In this document: positions 7,635 through 15,158 of the stretch, in pieces
Layout of the letters: each line of letters opens with the position of its first letter
Position numbering within the stretch: the first letter of the stretch is position 1
Assembly: GCA_045533315.1 (NCBI GenBank)
Contig: JAZSHN010000116.1
Coordinates: 1 to 35,030, forward strand
Source: Eubacteriales bacterium
GTDB lineage: Bacteria; Bacillota; Clostridia; Oscillospirales; CAG-272
Direction of reading: 5' to 3'
Length of the DNA: 35,030 nucleotides
The notes under the pieces: model-generated
What the model saw: only the letters and a program-made list of their open reading frames with translations
Database searches by the model: none
What the model was told of the DNA's origin: nothing
Translations under genes and position numbers: made by a program

Positions 7635-7663
7635 CTTGAAAAATAGACTTTTGCGTTATATAA
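7635..7663 (+). promoter_or_regulatory. Promoter candidate for the AbrB-like gene
   Basis: TTGAAA (7635-7640), 17-nt spacer, TATAAT (7658-7663). The -10 lies inside one of two identical TTATATAATGT 11-mers (7592-7602 and 7655-7665). Confidence 0.5.
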
Positions 7664-7699
7664 TGTACACGTAATATATGCAAAAAAGAGGGGATTGCT

Positions 7700-7924
7700 A
7701 TGAAAGAAGTCAAAATTGACAATCTTGGCAGAATAGTCATACCAAAGCCGTTGCGAAAGGAATTGTCGCTCACAATCGACACACCGTTATCAATCTGCCG
7801 CGAGGGAGAGTCTATTATGATAACCCCATTAAATAGAATTTGTGCTCTCTGTGGCTGTTTGCTAACGGACACGGACGGTGTCAAGCTTTGCGATGACTGT
7901 ATAAATATGATAAAAAATCAATAG
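7700..7924 (+). CDS. AbrB/MazE/SpoVT-family DNA-binding protein with a C-terminal CxxC...CxxC zinc-ribbon-like tail (74 aa)
   Basis: MKEVKIDNLGRIVIPKPLRKEL is the canonical SpoVT-AbrB swapped-hairpin motif. The tail is CALCGCLLTDTDGVKLCDDC. AGAGGGG lies upstream of the ATG. Confidence 0.85.
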   Translation: MKEVKIDNLGRIVIPKPLRKELSLTIDTPLSICREGESIMITPLNRICALCGCLLTDTDGVKLCDDCINMIKNQ

Positions 7925-7955
7925 AAAAAGGCTTGCCGTGAGGTAAGCCTTTTTT
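7925..7955. terminator. Bidirectional rho-independent terminator between the AbrB-like gene (+) and rhaA (-)
   Basis: AAAAA, then GGCTTGCC (7930-7937), loop GTGA, then GGTAAGCC (7942-7949), then TTTTTT. The stem has one G-U pair. The left arm overlaps the right copy of the 16-bp direct repeat (7924-7939). Confidence 0.7.
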
Positions 7956-7999
7956 AAAATCATTTGCAATTAATAGAGGTTTCCCTATTGTGGTGAAGA

Positions 8000-9244
8000 T
8001 TATCTTGCGGAAAGAACCTCTGCCTCGTACTTTTCAACCTCTCTAATCCAATCCATACCTACGGGTGCGCCGCATCTTGCGCAATATTCGTCCCATACAA
8101 GACCGAAGGGGAGGGTCTTCATTTCCTCGGTAACCGCGAGAACCCTTGTAAAGTTAGCCTCTGCCTGATACTGTGCAAGCTCCTCGGAGGGAAGAAGAAG
8201 TGCATTAAGGAGAGCCTTTTGCATATTTCTCATACCAACCACCCAAGCGGCAACACGGTTAATGGAGGCATCAAAGTAGTCGAGAGCGATAAACACTCTG
8301 TCAAGGGCGTTGTTTCTTACGATTTCCTTTGCAATTTCCTTGGTCTCGTCGTCAAAGATTACAACGTGGTCGGAGTCCCAACGAACCGCACGGGTAACGT
8401 GGAGAGCAATCTTCTCGTTAAAGAGAAGGAGGGAGGAAATCTTGTCGGACACAACCTCGGTGGGGTGGTAGTGACCGTTATCCATAAGGGGGGTAATGCC
8501 CTTGTAATCCGAGTAGGAAAGGCAGAACTCCGCGCTGCCTACGGTGTAGGACTCAAGTCCGATACCGAACACCTTGGACTCAAGGGTAACGTAAACCTTT
8601 GTCTTGTCGTAGGGGATAGCGAGAATCTCGTCAAGCGACTTCTTAAATCTTGCTCTGGGGGAGAGTCTGTCTGCGGGAATATCCTTGTAGCCGTCGGGAA
8701 TCCAGATGTTCATAACCGCGGGAACACCCGTCTCGGTTGCGAAGTATTCCGCAATCTTAAGACAAGCCTGACCGTGTCTTACCCAATATGCGCGAACCTC
8801 CTCGTCGGGAGAGGAGAGGGTGAGACCGTCCTTTACCATAGGATGCGAGAAGAAGGTGGGGTTAAAGTCAATACCCATTCCGCGCTCCTTTGCATACTGT
8901 ACCCAGGGAGCAAAGTGCTTGGGCTGGATTTCATCTCTGCCGACAACCTCGTCGTCGCCGATTATTGCGTAGCAAGCGTGAAGGTTAAGCTTTTTTGCAC
9001 CGGGGGTAAGCGAGAACGCTTTATCCATATCTGCCATAAGCTGTGCGGGAGTGGTTGCCTTGCCGGGGTAGTTACCTGTGGTCTGGATACCGCCCGAAAG
9101 CTCCGCCTTGCAGTCAAAGCCGACAACGTCGTCGCCCTGCCAGCAGTGAACGGATACGGGAACGTTCATAAGAGCCTCGATTGCCTTTTCGGTGTCGATA
9201 CCGTACCTTGCATAGGTTTCTTTTGCGTAATTGTAGTTAGACAT
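8000..9244 (-). CDS. rhaA: L-rhamnose isomerase
   Basis: 414-aa ORF. The N-terminal block GIDTEKAIEALMNVPVSVHCWQGDDVVGF matches the conserved RhaA motif (PVSxHCWQGDDVxGF). The length is typical. Confidence 0.92.
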   Translation of the reverse strand: MSNYNYAKETYARYGIDTEKAIEALMNVPVSVHCWQGDDVVGFDCKAELSGGIQTTGNYPGKATTPAQLMADMDKAFSLTPGAKKLNLHACYAIIGDDEVVGRDEIQPKHFAPWVQYAKERGMGIDFNPTFFSHPMVKDGLTLSSPDEEVRAYWVRHGQACLKIAEYFATETGVPAVMNIWIPDGYKDIPADRLSPRARFKKSLDEILAIPYDKTKVYVTLESKVFGIGLESYTVGSAEFCLSYSDYKGITPLMDNGHYHPTEVVSDKISSLLLFNEKIALHVTRAVRWDSDHVVIFDDETKEIAKEIVRNNALDRVFIALDYFDASINRVAAWVVGMRNMQKALLNALLLPSEELAQYQAEANFTRVLAVTEEMKTLPFGLVWDEYCARCGAPVGMDWIREVEKYEAEVLSAR

Positions 9245-9259
9245 TGTTATATCTCCTTT

Positions 9260-10573
9260 TTATTTATTTCTCTTGATTTGAATCATCATATTACCAATTG
9301 CGGTAGCCTCGATGGGGAGGGCAACAACTTTTTTGCCCGTGTGCTTTTCGGTAAGGTCGTTGAGGTAGCCGTTCTTTGCACCGCCGCCTACTATGTAAAT
9401 TTCGGAGTAAGTCCTGCCAGTATTTGCTTCAAGGTCGGCAATCGCAACGCGGTAACCGTCGGCAAGGCTTACGTATGCGGCGTTGAAGTAGTCGCCGTCC
9501 TTTTCGGGGGCGGAACAGCCGCGAGCCACGAGGTAATCCTTTATCGCGCCCGCCATGCTCTTTGGAGCAGCAAACGCCTCGTCGTTTACGTCAAAGATTT
9601 CGGAATATCCACTCTCGCGTGCCATAGCAACGATATCGTCCCAGCCTGCCTCGGGGCAAAGCTCGCGACGGAGGCTTTGGATAATCCACATACCCGTGAT
9701 GTTCTTCTGGTAACGGTTGTAGCCGACGCCGCCCTCGTTGGAATAGCCCGAAAGACGGGATTTTTCGTCGGTAAGAGCGCGCGGGGTTTTTACTCCGAGA
9801 AGCGACCATGTGCCCGAGGATATGTAGGGTGCATCGGTGTTCATTTCAATCGCCTCCACCGCGCTTCCCGTATCGTGAGTGGCACAGAGAATAACGTCAA
9901 GGTCGCCGCCGACCTCCGCCTTTACCTCGTCCGAAAGACGTCCGACGAGCGTGCCGGGCTGATAAATCTCGCTTTTAAGACATTCGGGAAGTCCGAGAGT
10001 ATCCCAAATGTAATCGTCTATTTTAAGGGTGTCCGCGTTAATGATTGCACCTGTGGTTGCGTTGGTAAACTCCTTTACCTTGTTACCCGTAAGCTTATAC
10101 ATAAGATATTCGGGTATCATAAGGAAGTCGGTAACACCGTCAAGTCTTCCGTCCATCTTATCGCGGTAAAGCTGGTACACGGTATTGAACTTGTTGAACA
10201 TAATGCCCGTACGCTCGTAAAGAGCTTCAAACGGGATAAGCTCGTGTACCTTTGGAATGGAGTCCTCCATACGCGCATCACGGTAGGCGTAGGTGGGCTT
10301 TACCTCACAGTCCCCCTTTAGAAGCACGTAGTCGACACCCCAGGTATCGATAGAAAGGCTCTCGATTTCGGGGAATTCTGCGAATGCCGCCTTTATTCCC
10401 TCCTTTACCTCGCGATAAAGTCTGTCGGTATCCCACACGAGATGGCCGTCCACCTCGTCCATACCGTTCCAGAAGCGGTAAACCTCCTTGGTCTGAAGCT
10501 CGCCACCCTCAACCCAGCCGACGATATGTCTGCCCGAGGATGCGCCGATGTCAATGGCAAGATAGTGTTTCAT
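9260..10573 (-). CDS. rhaB: Rhamnulokinase (FGGY carbohydrate kinase)
   Basis: MKHYLAIDIGASSGRHIVG is the FGGY/RhaB N-terminal phosphate-1 motif. The ATG at 10573 has GGAAGG 7 nt upstream. The longer ORF from 10609 would run through a hairpin and lacks an RBS. The gene lies immediately upstream of rhaA. Confidence 0.9.
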   Translation of the reverse strand: MKHYLAIDIGASSGRHIVGWVEGGELQTKEVYRFWNGMDEVDGHLVWDTDRLYREVKEGIKAAFAEFPEIESLSIDTWGVDYVLLKGDCEVKPTYAYRDARMEDSIPKVHELIPFEALYERTGIMFNKFNTVYQLYRDKMDGRLDGVTDFLMIPEYLMYKLTGNKVKEFTNATTGAIINADTLKIDDYIWDTLGLPECLKSEIYQPGTLVGRLSDEVKAEVGGDLDVILCATHDTGSAVEAIEMNTDAPYISSGTWSLLGVKTPRALTDEKSRLSGYSNEGGVGYNRYQKNITGMWIIQSLRRELCPEAGWDDIVAMARESGYSEIFDVNDEAFAAPKSMAGAIKDYLVARGCSAPEKDGDYFNAAYVSLADGYRVAIADLEANTGRTYSEIYIVGGGAKNGYLNDLTEKHTGKKVVALPIEATAIGNMMIQIKRNK

Positions 10574-10758
10574 ATAACACCTTCCCTTTCGGTTATTTTT
10601 TACCCGCACAAAATCGGCGGGATTTTTTTGCGCGACTCTCGCGCGGGTAGGGCTTGCGCTCGCGCGCCATAATATGCTACCTTAATATTAACATATATAT
10701 CCACCGCAGTGCAAGGTTGAAAATTATTATAAAAACCGTCTTTATTTAATCTTTTGTA

Positions 10759-10787
10759 TTGATTTTTTGCCCGCAATATGTTAAAAT
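10759..10787 (+). promoter_or_regulatory. Promoter candidate for the AraC-type regulator
   Basis: TTGATT (10759-10764), 17-nt spacer, TAAAAT (10782-10787). It overlaps the upstream ATG at 10778, which argues for the ATG at 10817 as the real start. Confidence 0.45.
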
Positions 10788-10816
10788 TATGGCATATTAA
10801 GGCTTTTGGAGGAATT

Positions 10817-11776
10817 ATGGAGGATTATATAATTTCACGCCTTTCTGTCGAGAGCGAGGAGGAAAAGCGCCTGCTTTCGGGCGGGGAGCTTGACCGCAAT
10901 TTATATACCACGGAGGACGAGTTTATAGTAAGAGATGCACGGCTTCGCGCGGGGCGCGGAGGTATCAGCGTAAGGACGCACACCCGATACGCCGCCTTTC
11001 CGAGGCACAGGCACAACTACCTTGAAATGATGATAGTCCTCGGCGGAAAGATAACCCACGTTATAGACGGCGAAAAAATAACGCTTTCGGAGGGGGACGT
11101 GCTGCTTTTAAACAAGCATATTTCCCACGCGATAGAGCAGGCGGGGCGGGAGGACATCGGCGTTAACGTAATAATGTCCGACGATTTTGTGACTGCGGTG
11201 TCACCCGAGCTTTCGGGTACGGTTTTTTCCGCGCTCTTTCGCGAAAACGCAAGACACGACGGCGCGCCGACCTTTTTACACTTTACGACGGGCGGAAGAA
11301 AAAAATACGAAAATCTCGTTGAAAACCTGCTGCTTGAATTGCTAGAGGAAAGCCCCGACCACGTGATAATGGAAAGGACGGTTTCGCTTTTACTCTCCGC
11401 CCTGTCACGGCTTCCGGCGCTTTACCTCGGCGGAAATTTGCCAAGAACGCAGGAGGAAAAAAGAATTCTTGAAATCCATTCCTACGTAAAAAATAATTTT
11501 CGCACAGCAAGTCTTTCGGAGCTTGGCGGTCGGCTTTACCTGTCGGTTCCGTATCTTTCGAAATTCATAAAAACGCATATCGGAAAAAGCTTTAAGGAGC
11601 TTGTCGTAGAGGCGCGAATGGAGCGCGCGAGAGAGCTTATTTTTGACACGGATATGCCCATCGGCGAAATAATTCGCGCGGTTGGATATGAAAACGAGTC
11701 CTATTTTCATAGAGAATTCAAGGCGAGATTCGGTATGACTCCGCTTTCGGTGCGAAAGGAAAAACGCACCGATTGA
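10817..11776 (+). CDS. AraC-family transcriptional regulator (cupin sensor plus HTH_18), likely rhamnose-responsive
   Basis: The N-terminal cupin-like region contains HTRYAAFPRHRHNYLEMMIV. The C-terminus, IGEIIRAVGYENESYFHREFKARFGMTPLSVRK, is the AraC HTH signature. The gene is divergent from rhaB-rhaA. GGAGG lies before the ATG at 10817. Confidence 0.85.
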   Translation: MEDYIISRLSVESEEEKRLLSGGELDRNLYTTEDEFIVRDARLRAGRGGISVRTHTRYAAFPRHRHNYLEMMIVLGGKITHVIDGEKITLSEGDVLLLNKHISHAIEQAGREDIGVNVIMSDDFVTAVSPELSGTVFSALFRENARHDGAPTFLHFTTGGRKKYENLVENLLLELLEESPDHVIMERTVSLLLSALSRLPALYLGGNLPRTQEEKRILEIHSYVKNNFRTASLSELGGRLYLSVPYLSKFIKTHIGKSFKELVVEARMERARELIFDTDMPIGEIIRAVGYENESYFHREFKARFGMTPLSVRKEKRTD

Positions 11777-11814
11777 CTGCGGACGGCAGAAGCCGTTTAA
11801 AGGCTTTTTCCCTC

Positions 11815-11842
11815 TTGACAAATCCCCACCAATATGTATAAT
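11815..11842 (+). promoter_or_regulatory. Promoter candidate for trkA-trkH
   Basis: TTGACA (11815-11820), 16-nt spacer, TATAAT (11837-11842). Confidence 0.5.
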
Positions 11843-11924
11843 TATAGTTACCCGCGCGTGTGCGAGGTAACTTACGCGCATATACGAACACAAGAAAAAC
11901 ACGCTACTCTAACGGAGAATAAAT

Positions 11925-13283
11925 ATGAAAATAATCATTGTTGGATGCGGTCAGGTCGGGCGCACCCTTGCAAAGGAGCTTATCCGTGAGGGCAACGACG
12001 TCACCGTAATCGACACCTCCGCCGAAAAAATAAAGGCGGTTACAAATTCAATAGACGTTATGGGCATTGTCGGAAACGGTGCCTCCCACCTTACACAAGC
12101 GGAGGCTAACGTAAAGGGGGCAGACCTTCTTATCGCGGTCACAGACTCCGACGAGCTTAACCTTCTTTGCTGTATTATCGCGAAAAAGGAGGGCGACTGT
12201 CATACTATTGCACGAGTGCGCGACCACGCCTACAACAAGGAGGCAAATTACCTGAAGGACGAGCTTGGTCTTGCGATGGTAATAAATCCGGAGCTTGAGG
12301 CGGCGGAGGATATTGCCCGCGTTTTGCGCTTTCCCACCGCGCTGGCAATCGAGCCGTTTGCAAAGGGGCGCGTTGAGCTTATCAAATTCAAGCTTCCCGA
12401 GGAGTCGGAGCTTTGCGGTATGACGGTAAAGGATGCCATCGCAAAATACAAATACGACGTGCTTTTCTGCTCCGCAGAGCGCGGTGACGAGGTTTTCGTT
12501 ACAAAGGGCGACTTTGTTTTCTCGGGAAAGGACGTTATTTCTATGATTGCCCCGCCAAGACGTGCGGCGGCATTCCTCGGAAAAATAGGTCTGAAGGGCT
12601 CGGCGGTAAGCTCCGCCATCGTTGTCGGCGGCGGAGAGGTAACGCACTATCTTTGCGAGCTTTGTAGCGAAAAGGGCATAAAGCTTAAGGTTATAGACCA
12701 CAACCGCGACGTTTGCAAAAAGCTTGCCGCAGATTTCCCCGACGTCACCGTCATACACGGAGATACGGCGGAGCAGGAAACGCTTCTCGAGGAGGGGGTT
12801 GAGCATACGGATGCATTTTTGGCGCTCTCGGATAACGACGAGGAAAACATCTTTCTCTCCCTATTTGCAAAGGAGCATTGCGGAGGAAAGCTTGTTACAA
12901 AGATTAAGCGCCTTGACTTTAACGACGTGATACAGCATTTGGAGCTTGATACCGTTGTATATCCCAAAAACGTTACCTCAAGCCTTATTCTCCGCTTTGT
13001 TCGCTCGCTGAAGGGCAAGGCGGGGTCCAATATGGAGGCTCTTTACCCTGTTGTGCCGGGCAAGGTCGAGGCATACGAGTTTTTGATAAACGAAAAGACA
13101 CCCATCGTCGGCAAAAAGCTCTCCGAATTAAAGCTGAAGGACGGTGTGCTTATCGCGGCGATAATGCGAGGCAGGTCGGTTATCACTCCCCACGGACTTG
13201 ACACCATTGAATCGGGTGACAGAGTTATCATAGTTTCACAGGTGCTCGGTATTACGAGCCTTGAGGAGCTTTTAAAGAAGTAA
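11925..13283 (+). CDS. trkA: Trk potassium-uptake system NAD-binding subunit TrkA (two RCK repeats)
   Basis: MKIIIVGCGQVGRTLAKEL is a Rossmann GxGxxG motif. A second repeat, AIVVGGGEVTHYL, follows. At 452 aa the length is typical of double-RCK TrkA. Confidence 0.9.
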   Translation: MKIIIVGCGQVGRTLAKELIREGNDVTVIDTSAEKIKAVTNSIDVMGIVGNGASHLTQAEANVKGADLLIAVTDSDELNLLCCIIAKKEGDCHTIARVRDHAYNKEANYLKDELGLAMVINPELEAAEDIARVLRFPTALAIEPFAKGRVELIKFKLPEESELCGMTVKDAIAKYKYDVLFCSAERGDEVFVTKGDFVFSGKDVISMIAPPRRAAAFLGKIGLKGSAVSSAIVVGGGEVTHYLCELCSEKGIKLKVIDHNRDVCKKLAADFPDVTVIHGDTAEQETLLEEGVEHTDAFLALSDNDEENIFLSLFAKEHCGGKLVTKIKRLDFNDVIQHLELDTVVYPKNVTSSLILRFVRSLKGKAGSNMEALYPVVPGKVEAYEFLINEKTPIVGKKLSELKLKDGVLIAAIMRGRSVITPHGLDTIESGDRVIIVSQVLGITSLEELLKK

Positions 13284-13426
13284 GTGCCAAAAGGCTTGAC
13301 ACGGGTGGCGGTATAGCCCGCCTTTTCCCGTTTTAAAAGCGGCTGTTTTCACACGATTTCGGTACAATTTACCGTTTTTTTAATGTCTACCGCAACACCC
13401 CTTTTGCAAAGAAAGGTTTACGTTTT

Positions 13427-14947
13427 ATGAATTTCAGAATGATAAGGTACACGCTTGGGCTTATCCTCAAATTCGAGGCATTGTTCTTTTTGGTACCTAT
13501 AATCACGGCAATTTGCTATGGCGAGCGCACCTCGCTTTCCGCATTTGCCGCTACTGCGGGAATATGTCTTTTTCTCGGATATTTTATGTCCTACTCAAAG
13601 CCGCGCGATATGGCGCTTCGTGCGCGTGACGGCTTTGTAATCGTGTCGTTAAGCTGGGTTGTGCTTTCGCTTTTCGGCGCGGTTCCGTTTGTTCTTTCGG
13701 GCGCGATACCGAATTATATAGATGCGCTTTTCGAAACGGTTTCGGGATTTACCACCACGGGCGCGAGCATAATCGACGCCTCTAAATTAGAGTCGCTCGA
13801 GCATGCCGTTTTGATTTGGAGAAGCTTTACGCATTGGGTCGGAGGTATGGGAGTTCTTGTTTTCGTTATGGCAATCCTCCCGCTTTCGGGTGCGCAGAAT
13901 ATGCACATTATGAGAGCCGAATCCCCCGGTCCCGAAGTGTCAAAGCTCGTTCCTCGAGTCAGAAGAACGGCAATTATACTTTACATAATATACTTTGCAA
14001 TGACGCTGACTCTCTTTTTAGTATTGCTTTTCGACCAACTCCTTTCGGATGGAGCCTATCACAAGATGAAGGTGTTTGATGCCCTCTGCACAGCCTTTGG
14101 CACCGCAGGCACGGGCGGCTTTGGAATAAGAGGCGACTCTATTGCGGGATACAGCCCCTTCGTTCAAATCGTTTGCACCGTATTTATGCTTTTGTTTTCC
14201 ATCAACTTCAACTCCTACTATCTTGTGCTCCGTCTGAAGTTTCGCGAGGCATTCAACTCCGAGGTCAGGGCTTTTCTTCTCATAGTTTTTGTAACCATTG
14301 CCGCAATAACGCTTAACGTGATTACAAGCGATATAGATGGCGCGCAAACGCTTGGAGATGCGGTTCGTCACTCCGCCTTTACCGTTGCCTCTCTTATATC
14401 CACGACGGGCTTTGCGACGCTCGACTTTAACCTCTGGCCCGAGTTTTCAAAGCTGCTCTTGGTGCTTGTAATGTTTATCGGTGCGTGCGCAGGCTCTACG
14501 GGCGGAGGTATAAAGGTTTCACGTATTATTATTCTCGTAAAGGGTATGTTCCGTGAAATCGGCGACCTTATAAATCCAAAGCGAGTTAAAAACATTACCA
14601 TAGACCGAAAGCTCGTAAGCTCCGAGGTTGTTCGCTCCGTAAACGCGTTCATCGTTACCTTTTTCGTAATTTTCGCGGCATCGGTGCTTCTCCTTTCCTT
14701 TGACCCTTACGTTTACAAGCTGCCATCCGGTGCCGCATCGGGCGGAGAGCTTCTTACCAACTTTACCGCGGTAACCGCGTGTATAAACAACATTGGTCCG
14801 GGTCTTGATATGGTCGGTCCAAGCGGTAACTATGCATTTTTCTCCCCGTTTTCAAAGCTTGTGCTTATCTTCGATATGCTCGCGGGAAGGCTTGAGCTTT
14901 TCCCTATGATGATACTCCTTGCACCCGCAACCTGGCGCAGAAAATAA
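13427..14947 (+). CDS. trkH: Trk-type potassium transporter membrane subunit TrkH
   Basis: 506-aa polytopic membrane ORF with repeated selectivity-filter-like segments (SGFTTTGAS, GTAGTGGFG, STTGFAT, GSTGGGIKV). It lies directly downstream of trkA. Confidence 0.9.
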   Translation: MNFRMIRYTLGLILKFEALFFLVPIITAICYGERTSLSAFAATAGICLFLGYFMSYSKPRDMALRARDGFVIVSLSWVVLSLFGAVPFVLSGAIPNYIDALFETVSGFTTTGASIIDASKLESLEHAVLIWRSFTHWVGGMGVLVFVMAILPLSGAQNMHIMRAESPGPEVSKLVPRVRRTAIILYIIYFAMTLTLFLVLLFDQLLSDGAYHKMKVFDALCTAFGTAGTGGFGIRGDSIAGYSPFVQIVCTVFMLLFSINFNSYYLVLRLKFREAFNSEVRAFLLIVFVTIAAITLNVITSDIDGAQTLGDAVRHSAFTVASLISTTGFATLDFNLWPEFSKLLLVLVMFIGACAGSTGGGIKVSRIIILVKGMFREIGDLINPKRVKNITIDRKLVSSEVVRSVNAFIVTFFVIFAASVLLLSFDPYVYKLPSGAASGGELLTNFTAVTACINNIGPGLDMVGPSGNYAFFSPFSKLVLIFDMLAGRLELFPMMILLAPATWRRK

Positions 14948-14990
14948 GCCAAAGCAATGCGTTTGCCGAGCAAGGCTTTGCCGATTTTAC

Positions 14991-15074
14991 AAAGCAATTT
15001 CGGCTTACAAGCAAATTTCCGCTTGCAAAGCAATTTCGGCTTACAAACAAATTTCCGCTTGCAAAGCAATTTCA
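14991..15074. repeat. Tandem repeat: 36-bp unit x 2.3, itself a degenerate 18-mer (CTTRCAARRCAAATTTCSG) x ~4.5
   Basis: 14991-15026 and 15027-15062 differ at one base, and a partial third copy lies at 15063-15074. More degenerate copies lie at 14949-14990 and 15093-15110. Each 18-mer contains a short AAGC..GCTT palindrome. Confidence 0.85.
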
Positions 15075-15103
15075 ATTACGGATTAATATCAGCTTACAAA
15101 AGC

Positions 15104-15133
15104 AAAAGAGCGTAGCCGCGGCTACGCTCTTTT
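15104..15133. terminator. Bidirectional rho-independent terminator between convergent trkH and the copA-side operon
   Basis: AAAA, then AGAGCGTAGCCG|CGGCTACGCTCT (a perfect 24-nt palindrome, 15107-15130), then TTT. Confidence 0.75.
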
Positions 15134-15158
15134 AAATTATCCACCTTTTCCATACACC

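Larger units (their letters stand above)
6138..7939. mobile_element. Putative horizontally acquired islet with no recombinase gene, bounded by 16-bp direct repeats
   Basis: Hand counts give about 37% GC over 240 nt of the lipoprotein gene and about 33% over 120 nt of the XRE gene, against about 58% in a 60-nt sample of the adjacent heparinase-like gene. An exact 16-bp direct repeat sits at both borders, and the right copy is the left half of the rhaA-side terminator hairpin. Confidence 0.4.

Noticed and set aside
7582-7884. 100-aa minus-strand ORF overlapping the XRE/AbrB intergenic region and the AbrB-like gene
   Set aside because: It is antisense to an ORF with a textbook AbrB motif and runs through both promoters. 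It has no RBS and no family resemblance.
8219-10321. 700-aa plus-strand ORF spanning rhaA, the rhaA-rhaB gap and most of rhaB
   Set aside because: It is antisense to two genes with unmistakable family motifs. Its translation is V/G/L/N-rich low-information sequence with no recognisable domain and no RBS. This is a typical shadow ORF on the complement of GC-rich third-position coding sequence.
10603-10629. Plus-strand terminator-like hairpin (CCCGC..GCGGG followed by ATTTTTTT) upstream of rhaB
   Set aside because: There is no plus-strand gene upstream for it to terminate. It lies in the 5' UTR region of minus-strand rhaB, where in that orientation an A-run precedes it rather than a U tract following. 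It is probably a UTR structure or coincidental. I used it only as an argument against the 10609 start for rhaB.
11843-11924. Possible c-di-AMP (ydaO/kimA-type) riboswitch in the trkA leader, since K+ uptake genes often carry one
   Set aside because: The leader from the predicted promoter to the ATG is only about 75-80 nt. It forms just two short GC hairpins (GTTACC..GGTAAC and GCGCGT..ACGCGC). This is far too short for that pseudo-two-fold aptamer, and I saw none of its conserved segments.
14830-15075. 81-aa minus-strand ORF (MKLLCKRKFVCKPKLLCKRKFACKPKLLCK...). The 36-bp repeat array was also considered as a possible CRISPR.
   Set aside because: The ORF's periodic sequence is simply the translation of the tandem DNA repeat, and it overlaps the trkH 3' end. 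The repeats are directly adjacent with no unique spacers, and no cas genes are present, so this is not a CRISPR array.
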